From Eledone cirrhosa (lineage: Eukaryota): a stretch of DNA of 64,000 bases. The notes beneath the pieces are model-generated. The model did not search any database and had not been told where the DNA came from. It was given only the letters and a program-made list of their open reading frames with translations. Numbering within the stretch: position 1 is the first letter of the stretch; each line of letters begins with the position of its first letter. Where the stretch lies: positions 10,044,001 through 10,108,000 of the forward strand of contig OZ024751.1 in the NCBI GenBank assembly GCA_964016885.1, read 5' to 3'. Below, piece by piece: positions 1 through 12,900 of this stretch. Position numbers and translations under genes: made by a program.

Positions 1-564
1 TAAGTTAATTATTATAATTTTCTTATTTTACGTCTTTCATATAATTGTTCTGCATCCCCTTACATTGAACCATAAAGTTACTAAGAGAAAACCTGTATAT
101 TTGCTTGCGTAGGTATACATCTGTATATATATGTTGGTAGATATACTAATTCTTTATAATTATCTCCAAATTATTTTGTTGAGCAAAAATTTGCCTAAAT
201 TACTACTATAAATTCATAGTATTAACCTGGCTACTGTCTTTTTAACACCCCACTCCTCACTGATTAACCTCGATGTCACGTAATTGATTCTTTTAAATTT
301 GCCACCGACCAAGTAGGCAGTGATTTTTTCAATGTCTTGGAATTTAGTCCACGTTTGCTTTTTTCCATCCACTGAATTATTTTTGTATAAGTTCCCTGTG
401 TCCGCGCATCACCAGGTATCTTAACTGAGAACGACTTCCTGATGACGAAATGGCTTCTCCGTGTTCTCCGTTTGGGGACCATGTTTATTCCCTTTCAGAA
501 ACTAATTAGTTGGAGTGAAATCTAAGTAAGTAAGTTAATTATTATAATTTTCTTATTTTACGTC

Positions 565-570
<6 letters not shown>
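1..570 (+). mobile_element. Non-coding HHR-containing repeat with ~530-bp unit (retrozyme/pLTR-like), cut by window start
   Basis: 1-40 recurs exactly at 531-570, then (TA)n; contains HHR 434-516; diverged copy spanning the unit junction at ~31945-32255. Confidence 0.65.
434..516 (+). ncRNA. Type-I hammerhead ribozyme, family A
   Basis: ACTTC-CTGATGA-[stem II]-GAAA-CTAATTAG-TT-GGAGT; stem I ACTTC/GGAGT, palindromic stem III. Confidence 0.8.
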
Positions 571-662
<92 letters not shown>

Positions 663-687
663 GAATATATATATATATAGATATATA

Positions 688-832
688 TAGAAGTGCTTAC
701 ATAACAGTTAGTTCACCATACCGAGAACAATTGTTTCACCATAGCGGATCCTCAGCTCGTAATGGACATGGTTATACGCGTCCCAAGGACTGAGTGCTCT
801 ACCACTACGGATATTACCTTCCAGTGTTCTAC

Positions 833-836
<4 letters not shown>
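688..836. mobile_element. Short PLE-derived insert with internal inversion, in (TA)n
   Basis: 688-778 matches 29821-29910 in the same orientation; 780-835 is the reverse complement of 29758-29815. Confidence 0.75.
722..759 (-). ncRNA. Minimal type-I hammerhead ribozyme, family B
   Basis: Minus strand CGAG-CTGAGGA-TCCGCTATGGT-GAAA-CAATTG-TT-CTCG. Confidence 0.75.
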
Positions 837-895
<59 letters not shown>

Positions 896-988
896 TATAT
901 ATTTATTTAAATAACAGATTAAAGTTTAAGCAAAGAATCGCTGCTTTTTATATATGAACATATATATATATAAATATATATATATATA

Positions 989-1098
<110 letters not shown>

Positions 1099-2294
1099 TA
1101 TACATATATATATATATGAATATATATATATATATATGAATATACATATATATATGAATATATGTATGCATATATGAATATATATATATGGATATATAAT
1201 TGAAAAAGTGTAGAATAACATGGTCAACAGTACAAAAAAGGGGATTTATTTACAGTCTAACAATTTATTTATTTACAACTAGAAATAGCAGCCGAGTCGT
1301 TTCAACTGAGTTAGTTCTACAACTAAGTGGCCGTGTATATATCCAAATTTAAATTAAGGGTGTCATGTCGGAGAGACATGCATCATACCCACTGTCGAAT
1401 ATGCTCCAAGATTCCAATGAATAGATCCGAGCATTTTATATTAACTAGAAATTGATTGACATATATATATATATATCTAAAATAAACATATGAAACATAT
1501 TTAACTAGAACTTCAAAAATAGATACCTTATAAATTGATTAATCTTCCTTGTATATATTTCATTAAAGAAATATATTTCACCATTAATTGATCGGTAAAC
1601 CATAGTAGCCAAATCAAATTCCGGATTTTTAACAAGGGAGAAGATCTAACTATCTGTGTTTACACAGCAAATTCAAATCTGCGAATGACTAGCAACACAT
1701 GTCGTATTTTTTTTAAATACGCACATCGTACCAGCCTCATCCCAGTGGCGTGAAAAGGGTTATCGACAACTAGAATTAGCAGCCGAGTCCTTTCAACTGA
1801 ATTAGCTCTACAATCAATGGGCCATGTATATATCCAAAATTAAATTAAGGGTGTCATGTGCTATTTTTGCAAATTTTTGCAATGACTACACATACTGAAT
1901 TCATTTGCCAAAACTAGGGGTTTTCTCCCCTTTGGAGTTCACATGTGCTTTGGAACACTGTGAGATCCTGGCGCACGCAGAACAAAATTCCTGTTGAGAA
2001 AGTGATATCCTTGTTCGATCATTATACCAAAAGCTTATTATTTTTTATAAGCAGACAGTATTATTGATTTAGGTGTCGCAGAAACCCTATATCGGATTTT
2101 ACCATCATTCCCGTGGGTCTGGGTAAATATTTCAATCATATCTTAATTTGTTTGACCTGCTTAGCTTGCTCGCTTTTTTGGCTTAGGTGGTTAATGGCTT
2201 CTTAACCATTGTCTCAGTTTCGTATGACCTTTTTAACTTATATATATATATTATGCATATATATTATGCATATATATATATGTATATGCATATG

Positions 2295-2351
<57 letters not shown>

Positions 2352-2433
2352 GGGGTAACAAATAATAGTTAAATGCAGTCCACTTAGGTAAAGTCCAGTT
2401 ATGGTATTCCAAGTAGTGGATGATATATATATA

Positions 2434-2542
<109 letters not shown>

Positions 2543-2615
2543 TATATGAATATATATATATACATATAGTAATAAATATATATATGCATATATATATATA
2601 TACGTATATATATGC

Positions 2616-2680
<65 letters not shown>

Positions 2681-2734
2681 TAAACAAATAATGAATAAAA
2701 CAATGAAACAGTTCCTTATATTAAACAAAAAAAG

Positions 2735-2888
2735 TTCATTATTTAACGATCGTTTCTAGGATATATATGTGTTAGAATTGGCATGCATATTCAACAGATC
2801 TATGTACAAAATTATACAAAATTATACAAACTATCAAGATTAAATATACATACCAACACATATATATGCCGTCTTCAGAAATAATGAA
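2735..2888 (-). ncRNA. Type-I hammerhead ribozyme with long stem II, family C
   Basis: Minus strand TTCATTATTT-CTGAAGA-[~115-nt hairpin]-GAAA-CGATCG-TT-AAATAATGAA; 10-bp stem I; partial relatives at ~28360-28480 and ~45645-45760. Confidence 0.8.
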
Positions 2889-3499
2889 ATATATTTATTG
2901 ATAATAACTACAATTCAAAATTTCAGGTCCGTTTGGGAACGGAGTTCAAAATTGACCAATGAAAATACAAAAAGTTTTATGCAGTTTGGTGTGTGTATAT
3001 ACATGTAACTAACCCCGTACACATATTTATACAAAGATTTATGCTCAACATGCATACGCATGCCAAAAAGATGTATGCAAATACAAAAAATTTAAGGCTA
3101 ATGTCTCTGTAAGTTTATAATCCACAGATAAAATGCGTATAGACACATAAATATGAAATAAGTGTATACACATATTCTCATACTCACACATATCCATGCA
3201 CTCACGCACACGCGCGCGTATATGCATAAACATACACATAATTACGAACATACATACACACACACACCCCCACACACATATATATGTGGATATAATATTA
3301 TCATAAGCACATGGATATTAATTCACTCACATAAACACTGCCACACACATTTAGATCAAGATACAGAAATTAGGTGGGAGGGGGGGAGAGGTCAGTATTC
3401 AACTGTTTGGGCAGACTGCTTATTTATAGATGTATCTATAAACTTCGAAATAAAAAGAAAAGAAAAGAAAAAGAAAAAAGAAAAAAGAAATATATCAAG

Positions 3500-3571
<72 letters not shown>

Positions 3572-3657
3572 TATATACACACATACACACATCTACACAT
3601 ACAACACACACACACACACATATATAAACATATACATATATACATATACACACATAT

Positions 3658-3702
<45 letters not shown>

Positions 3703-4471
3703 TACACATATATACACACACACATATATAGACACGCATATATATACACATACACGCACAAATACATACACATAAATACTTATATACATACAGACATACA
3801 CATACATACATATATATACACACATATACATACATACATACATACATACACACATACATACATACATACACACACATACATACTCATACATATACATAGA
3901 TATATATTCACCCACACATACGTACTTATATATACGCATATATACAAATACTTACGCATCGATATAACGGTATATACATACAAAACACCACTACACTCTC
4001 ACACAACTCAGACATACAAAGAAAAAGGTATATACACATACACATATACATACAAATAGAGATACATATACATATATATATATATATATACATATATATA
4101 CATATACATACATATATACAAATACACACGCATCCATATATGCATATATACATACAAACACCACTACACTCTCACATAACTCAGACATACAAAGAAAAAG
4201 GTATATACATATACATATATACACACATTAATAGAGATACATATACACATATATATATACCCACACACTCATACAACGATAAACACACATACAAAGACAT
4301 ACATACACACATATATATACATATATATACACACACACAAAAACACGCATACACATATATATTTTTACACATACATATACATATATATACACATACACAC
4401 CTTCACATATATACATATACACATAAGTTATATTATAATAATAAATAATATATATATATATACACATACGA

Positions 4472-4502
<31 letters not shown>

Positions 4503-5534
4503 GATATACATATTTATATATACACACACACACACACACACTCACATATATATGTGCGCACTCGTACATATATACACATACACACATATAGACATAAACA
4601 TATACATGTGCATATATGTACATACACACATATACCCACATAGATACGAAGATAGACATATATATAGAGAGACATACATATACATACACATATATACATA
4701 CACATACATACACACATATATATATATAAATATACACACACACATACACGCCCACACATATATACACATATATACACATACACACATATATATACACACA
4801 TATATACACATGCATATATACACATATATACATATACATATATATATACACACACAATCATACATTCTTATTTGCATGCGCATATATGTATTTTTATACT
4901 CAGATATAAACATCCAAACATATATACATCTACCTACATATATATATTCTTACATACACGCTTACAAACACAGATGATAATAGTATGGGGGAAAGGGGGG
5001 GGGGGGAGAAGGGGATTATAGTAAATGTATGTTTCAAGAAACATAGAATATTAATCTGTATTTGGATCTCAATATATGTTTTTACATAGTTTCAGTGTTA
5101 GGAAATGCAAGAAATAAAGCAAAATTATGCATTTCAAAATAAGTATATCATTAATTATATGTTAACTAAACCAAAGAAAGTTAACATATTGATTTCTAAG
5201 GTGTAAATTAGTTAGGTTTATAATATTTGAAGCAGAATTTTGAAGTTAAATAATAGTAGAGTATTAATTATAGTATAACTAAATTAAAGTTATTAACGTT
5301 ATGGTATCAATATTAGGAAATGAATTTAGTAATAGGGAAAAAACAAATAAAGTATTACATCGGTAGTAGAATATAAATTAAAGGTTAACTAAATTAAAAA
5401 CTATATATTAATTTCTATAGTATATGTTAATTAGGTATATAATAAATAAAACAGATATTGTATTTTATCAATAGCAGAATATAATTATATGCAAATAGAA
5501 ATCAAAATTAATACATATACATATACATATACAT

Positions 5535-5633
<99 letters not shown>

Positions 5634-6135
5634 TACATACATACACATACATATACATACATACATATACATATTTTTTCAAAAATTGCAAAGAATATAT
5701 TAACTAGGTATACATCCAAAACACATCCCATTCTATGATTACATGACACTCTGCAATCCGTCTGTATTAGGATACTAATTTTAAGCCAATTAAATTAAAT
5801 TTTTAGGTTGACTAAATTTAAAACCAAATTATAAATATATTTCTAAAATGTATATTAATTAGGTCTATAATACTAAAAATTATTTCTCTGTCATTGGATA
5901 CACGATATTTTGTTATATTTTATCTGTAAAGGAATTTTAATAAAGGGTTAAATAAATTAAAATTAATCTATAAATTAAATTACTAAGTATATATTAGTAA
6001 TATTTAAAGGTTTTTCACAATTTATGATTACACAATGTTTTATATTCTCATCTGTAGTAGAATTTTAATTAAATTAAATTTATAGGTTAACTAACATTTA
6101 AATTAAATTATATATTAATTTCTAAAATAATGTTA

Positions 6136-7763
6136 TTAATTAGGTTTATAATATTTAAATGTTTTTTTTAGTTTATGATTACACGATATAATTAATTCCT
6201 GTCGTTTATTTAATAGGATATCCTTAGATTTCATTATTTCAAATAGTTCTTGGGAACATAATCTACATTCATTTCTATTATTTTGATAAGGGGTGGCTCT
6301 TTTGAGCACACTCCAGGTCAAATCATATTCTATATTCTTATTTTTATAACTATTGATTTTTTTCTGCTAGAGATGTTGTATTAGCCAGTGCGGCATTTTT
6401 AAAACTATGCTTGTGGGTATTAAACCTTGTCTTAAAATTGTTAGAAGTAGCTCCTATATATGAGCAAATAGAATCTTTAGTTTTAACATTACATTTATAG
6501 ACTATGTTGTTAACAAGACAATTCCCTTTTAATGGGCAGTTTGCTTTGTTTCTACAGTTACAACCTTTCGTTAATTCTGTATTTGAGGAGATATTATGGT
6601 TAATTTGATGTATTGGTGGTATACTTATGGTTTTCTTACATTTATATGCATTATAGGCACTTATATTTTGTTTTATGTTATTTGTTGTTGAGTATGAGAA
6701 TTTAACTGTAGACCTATTTAAGATTTGATGGTATTTGTGGTTTGGCGGGAAGTTTTTCTCTAGGATATAAAAAAATTTTTTAGCAATATTATCCTTAATT
6801 TGTAAATTAAATGGAGCATTATACCAAGTAACCCGTCTATTACGGTTTCTATGTTGTTTATTATTTTTATTATTTTTATAGGTTGTATCGTGATGTTTAC
6901 TAGGAGGATTAATGTTAATGATCTCACCACAACCATTTTTAGTTATATTTGTAGATTTAGGTGTTTTATCTTTTTTATTAGGAGTTTTATTATTAATATT
7001 TATTAGAGTTGTATGATGAGTAGTTTTTTGAGAGTTACTATATTTTATATTAGAAGATTTGGTATTTTGGGGTATAGTGTGGGTGGCATTTAGGTGTGTA
7101 CTTTTCATTTGGTGTTTGTTGGTAATATTAGGTTGTATGCTTTTAGTATTTTTAGTAGAAGGTATATATTCTAATCTATTTTTGTGGCCACTTCTATCTA
7201 GAGCTTCGTTATAGAAGGTCGCATTTTTATCAAATACATCTTGGTTAGAAGAAAGGTTAGAAATTCTAAGTGATATATTATATGCAAGGTTTTTAAGGAT
7301 AGATTTAGGGTGATTAGATTGTGAGTGTATGTAATGTAAGTTTTGGTTTGGTTTATGGTAAGGTTGGTAGATACCCGTCGCTAAATCTAAAGTTATATCT
7401 AGGAAATTTACTACTTTACTTGTTTTTTCAAAAGTAATATGAAGATTATAATAGTCTTTAAGGAAAGTTCTAATATGTTTTTTTGTTTTTTTCTATTTCT
7501 GAAAGGCTAAGGTTGTTAGAAAGAAGAAGACAGTCATCACGATATAAACCACCTTTAAGGTGGGGAAAGGAGGCATTTATGTTGAAAAGGAGAAAGAAGC
7601 CCACAAGATCAGTAATTTGGGCGGAATCGCTTGAACCCATAGTAATATTTGTTTTATGTTATTTGTTGTTGAGTATGAGAATTTAACTGTAGACCTATTT
7701 AAGATTTGATGGTATTTGTGGTTTGGCGGGAAGTTTTTCTCTAGGATATAAAAAAATGTTTAG

Positions 7764-7768
<5 letters not shown>
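6136..7768 (-). pseudogene. 5'-truncated, disrupted Penelope-like element ORF (RT C-terminal half + GIY-YIG)
   Basis: Minus-strand MGSSDSAQITDLVG...GGLYRDD (~7530-7640), WYNAPF, CNCRNKANCPLKGNC..IVYKC..YIGAT, CRLCSQE..LLNKRQE; stops present; 7645-7768 duplicates ~6667-6788. Confidence 0.9.
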
Positions 7769-7814
<46 letters not shown>

Positions 7815-7916
7815 TATATATATATGAATATATATATATATATATTTATATATGAATATATATATATATGCATATATGAATATATATATATTCACACACA
7901 TATATATCATATATAT

Positions 7917-8002
<86 letters not shown>

Positions 8003-8103
8003 AACCAGTATTACCCACTCTACTACCTCAAGTATTGAGTACTTTGGTGCGTTATGGTCCACCTGGTTCCTTACCACATTTCCTTCGTTATATATATATA
8101 TAT

Positions 8104-8222
8104 GAAGGCGTGTGGCTGAGTGGTTAGAGTATTGGATTCACAATCGTGAGGTTGTGAGTTCGATTCCTGAACCAGGAGATGCGTTATGTCCTTGAGCAAG
8201 ACACTTTATTTCACGTTGCTCC
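8104..8222 (+). mobile_element. tRNA-derived SINE, 3'-truncated (second SINE type)
   Basis: A box TGGCTGAGTGG, B box GTTCGATTCC, followed by TGTCCTTGAGCAAGACACTT central-domain-like motif. Confidence 0.75.
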
Positions 8223-8393
8223 TTCTACCTGGAGTTGCGACCGATAGATAGTATTAGCAATTGGAAAGACCAATGGAAACATAGTTTCCTCGGTCCGATT
8301 TGACGAAAGTCGATCGACTAGATATATATATATATATATGCATATAGTAATAAATATATATATGCATATATATATATATGCATATATATATGC

Positions 8394-8425
<32 letters not shown>

Positions 8426-8518
8426 ATATATATATATGAATATATATATATATATTTATATATGAATATATATATTCACACACATATATATCATATATAT
8501 CATATATATATCATATAT

Positions 8519-8573
<55 letters not shown>

Positions 8574-8731
8574 ATACTTTGGGAGGGTCATGTTGCCAAT
8601 AAGAAACACACGCACCAGTTGCTTTCACTTCAATTTATTATATATTTATAAATTTATAAATTTACAAATCTACAAACTTATAAATTTCTGGTTGGTTGGT
8701 TGGTTCCACAACCAGATAGTTGTTTATATAT

Positions 8732-8776
8732 AGTCATAGTCCTTTCGTCACACACTCTGTGACCTCTTCAGTGACT
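8732..8776 (-). ncRNA. Hammerhead ribozyme family D, inverted pLTR copy
   Basis: Reverse complement of 9799-9843. Confidence 0.8.
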
Positions 8777-8967
8777 GGGGATTCCTTTCTTTGTTTATGT
8801 GCCTTTCCTTTCTTCTATCCTACGCCATTTTGTTTCTGTGTGTGTGTTGTGTGCTCAGTTTGCGCATGCGCCACATCCGGGTGTCTGTGTGTGTTTGTGT
8901 TCATTTATCTATTTGTTTATTTATTTATTTATTGTTGGTTGGTTGTTTGTTCTATGTGTGTGTGTGT

Positions 8968-9546
8968 TAGCAATAAATACCTGAGTATGATAGCAATAAA
9001 TACCAGAGTGTAATGTTCATCAATACAACCCCTAGAGGCGAACTAGCCTACAAATTTAGAAGGGCCCTAAATAAACATAAACTCAATATTAAGATAGTAG
9101 AAAGACCAGGTACCTCCGTAAAAACACTTATTAGCAAGACATACCCGTTCCAAAGACCCTCATTTATAGATAAGAAATGTATAACCTGTAAAATAAGCCC
9201 CCATATTAACTGTAAAACTAGAAATGTAGTGTATAGCATAAGATGTACTGAAGGACAATGTAGAAACAAAAATATAGTGTACATAGGTGAGACAGCTCGT
9301 AGTATAGGGTAACGAATAAATGAACACTGGCGAGACCTTCAAGATAATAAAGAATCATATGTGCTCTACCAACATGCTAAGATAGAACACAGGGGTAGAT
9401 TAGAGAACATAGAAATAAAAATAGAATCCATACACAGAAAAGATGCAATGTTTAGGCAAATTACAGAGGCAGTACGCATAAAAGAATTACAACCAAAATG
9501 AAATAGAAAATATGAGTGGAACAGCAACATCACAACTTACAATTAA
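8968..9546 (+). pseudogene. Upstream partial-tandem copy of the GIY-YIG end of the PLE ORF
   Basis: Near-identical to ~13110-13673 but with premature stops (TAA 9310-9312, TGA ~9499). Confidence 0.9.
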
Positions 9547-9798
9547 GGACAAAATGAAAACACACACAGGACAAAATGATAACACACACACGACAAAATG
9601 ATAACACACACACACATAGAACAAACAACCAACCAGCAATAAATAAATAAATAAATAAACAAATAGATAAATGAACACAAACATACACAGACACCCGGAT
9701 GTGGCGCATGCGCAAACTGAGCACACAACACACACACAGAAACAAAATGGCGTAGGATAGAAGAAAGGAAAGGCACATAAACAAAGAAAGGAATCCCC

Positions 9799-9843
9799 AG
9801 TCACTGAAGAGGTCACAGAGTGTGTGACGAAAGGACTATGACT
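9799..9843 (+). ncRNA. Hammerhead ribozyme family D in upstream pLTR
   Basis: AGTCA-CTGAAGA-G-GTCACA-GAGTG-TGTGAC-GAAA-GGAC-TA-TGACT. Confidence 0.85.
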
Positions 9844-9983
9844 ATATATAAACAACTATCTGGTTGTGGAACCAACCAACCAACCAGAAATTTATAAGTT
9901 TGTAGATTTGTAAATTTATAAATTTATAAATATATAATAAATTGAAGTGAAAGCAACTGGTGTGTGTGTTTCTTATTGGCAAC

Positions 9984-12900
9984 ATGACCCTCCCAAAGTA
10001 TAACAATATCGGTTTCAACACACGATTTCAGATAAAGAATCTTGCTAAACAAATTCAGAAACGAAATATCGTAAGCCTTAGCCAGGCTAACAAGATACTG
10101 AAAACCACCATGTTCTGTTGTCTACGAAAAACCATAACATCTCGACAACTACACTTCATAAAGCTGTGCGCCACTTCCAGAATCTACACCAACCCCATCA
10201 ATACCGACGTTAGAAGATTACAACTCACCAAAAAACAAGCAGATAGGCTAAAACGAACTTTAATTCTAAACATAAAAAAGATCTATAGAGAATTAAGTCA
10301 TCAAGAAAAACAAAAGCGTAACCTAATACAAGAAATAGCTAAAATCACCACACCAACAGAAAAACTAATATTTATAAGCCTTATACGCCCCGAAGAACAG
10401 TACATTACTCAAGAATGTGATAAGCACTTTAACAGGAAACTAAAGTGGCTTAAACAGGCAAAGCTAAATCAGGATACTATAGAGTATACCAATAGATATC
10501 CCGACAAAATTGACGGTATCAACATGGCCGACACCTCATTATCAGAAGAGTTCAACAAGAAAAATACCAACATTTATGGGAACACGGAAATAGATAATGA
10601 TGAAATGTCTGTGTTATGTCTGCCGCCCAAATTTGCGACATTCAAGAAGGTAAATATGATTAGTTGTCTGTCAGAAATAGAAAAATCATTTACAAAACTA
10701 CGCTGGAGCATCAAAAACAAAAGCAACAATATACGCACACACATATACAACACACATCCCAACAACAACAGACACACAGACACAAACAACAATAAGAACA
10801 ACACACACATCAACAACAACAACAATAGCAACATACCCAGATACAACAACAACAGACACGCAGACACAAACAACAATAACAACACACACAACAACGATAA
10901 CACACACGGAGACAACAACAACACACATCAACAACAGCACACATCAACAACAACAACACACACGCATTCAATGCCTCTCACCACCACCACAATCTTAACA
11001 AACACACAGACACAGAAAACAAGTAATGACAGTAGCACAGAAATCAGAGAAATAAGGGAAAGTAATAGGATTAAAAGGAAAAGGAGATGGGAGACTAAGG
11101 ACAAAGAGAATAACCAAGACGAACACACAGACACACAAAATAGGGTAGATGACAACATTGAGCCAGTGGAAAGAGACTGGAGTAATTATGAGAGACATAG
11201 AAACAACCATGAGGCTGTTGGTGGAAATAGAAATAGAAACAACACAACTAACAATAACAATAGCACTAGTACACATAAAGCAGCAGCCTGGAACTCTCCG
11301 TTTTATAATCCCTCCGATAAATCATTCGACCTGCGACGAGTCCACGCCACGACTTTACCATTTAACAAACGCACGCAGTTGCCGTCGCAGGTCGATGAAC
11401 AAACAGAAGCACAATTTAGTATAGCTAAATCCGAACTTAGAAATATTATAGAACAGTATCGCAAGAAGCATAATAGAATAGAGGCCCAGCAACTGGGAGA
11501 AAAATCTGCAAATGGCTTGCGTAAGCTCATGCAGCGCTCGCGTAATGGAGAGATAGCATGCTTTCCAACAGACAAGTCTGGCAGAATGTCGGTTGACAGC
11601 CTGCCAAACTACATCCAGGCAATGCAACCCCACATCACTAACACAAGAGAGGTAACACCACAGGAGCATGAGGATAGAGAAAAAGCCCTCAATGCCCATA
11701 TGGTGATGTGGACGAATATAATGCAGCCCAACAAAAGGACTGCCAACAACTTCCAGGCCTGGAACAATGACGTGCCGGCGTTGTATGGGCTTCGAAAAGA
11801 CCATAAAACGGGCTGTGACCCTGTCGCGGGACCACCAACACGGCCATTCTGTGGAGCTAACATTGCTAGTAACTACAGACTGTCCTACTTCCTCTCCCTG
11901 ATCATACGCCCCATCATTGAGATGTCCCCAGATGTATGTGACAGCACGGAGGACCTCCTCAGCAGAATCGGCGCGAGTAACCGATCTGGGGACCTAACAA
12001 ACTGCATAATAGGCAGTATGGATGTTGTGTCCCTGTATCCATCTATTGACGTGGATTTTGCTGTGGAGAAATGCGTAGAAATGATCAGCGAGAGCAAGGT
12101 TGAGTTCCGTGGGATTGATACCAGGGAGCTGGGACTTCTACTTAAGCTTACCCATAGTAATAGTTACCTAGACACTTATGACCTTAGCAACCTGTGCCCT
12201 ACAAGACCAGCAAGAGTCAGACCACCTACCATTACCTCAATGGCCAAGAAAACCCACACAGATAGATGGAACGGGTGGACCAGAGCCATACGGACACCCG
12301 AAAACCACGATGAACTGAAGAAAATGATTGCACATGCGGTAGGGGCCAGCATAAAATTAACCCTTAAGGAACATATGTTCAAATTTAATGGTAAAACATA
12401 TGCCCAAGAGGAAGGAGCAGCCATTGGTGTTAGCATTGCAGGTGACATAGCTAACTTATTCATGGTATGGTGGGACAGTAGACTTAAACAAAAACTTAAA
12501 GAACAATTAGAAGACAGCTTAACCCTGATAATGTACTCCCGCTACGTAGATGATATAAACATCGTAGTTAAGACACCCCCACTAAAGAACAGTCAGGAAC
12601 TAGAGAAAAACACAATGGAAAGCATCCAGCAAATAGCAAACTCCATCCACCAGAGCATTAGAGTTACTATAGACTACCCAAGTAGACACCCCAACCATCG
12701 ATTACCTGTACTAGACACAGAGCTCTGGTTAGATACCATTAACAACCAAAAACAAATCCTCCATTCCCATTATGCCAAACCCATGACTTCCAAACATCTG
12801 ATCCACCGAAACTCGGCCATTTCGGACCATACCAAAATCAATATACTGATTGCGGATTTGGTACGGGTGATGAGAAATGTGTCCCGCATGTGCAACCCCG

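Noticed and set aside
1275-1860. Duplicated ~90-bp segment (1275-1368 / 1767-1859) with minus-strand GAAA-GGAC-TC half-hammerhead
   Set aside because: No matching CUGANGA half found; at most a truncated motif
8104-8175. tRNA gene
   Set aside because: No proper cloverleaf; continues into SINE body
8225-8322. GAAA-GTCGATCGAC-TA half-hammerhead (similar halves at ~45780, ~50320, ~56380)
   Set aside because: 5' core absent, so not counted as ribozymes, though likely truncated pLTR pieces
9960-9983. GTG start of the 1237-aa ORF call
   Set aside because: Eukaryotic element; first ATG at 9984 is the more plausible start
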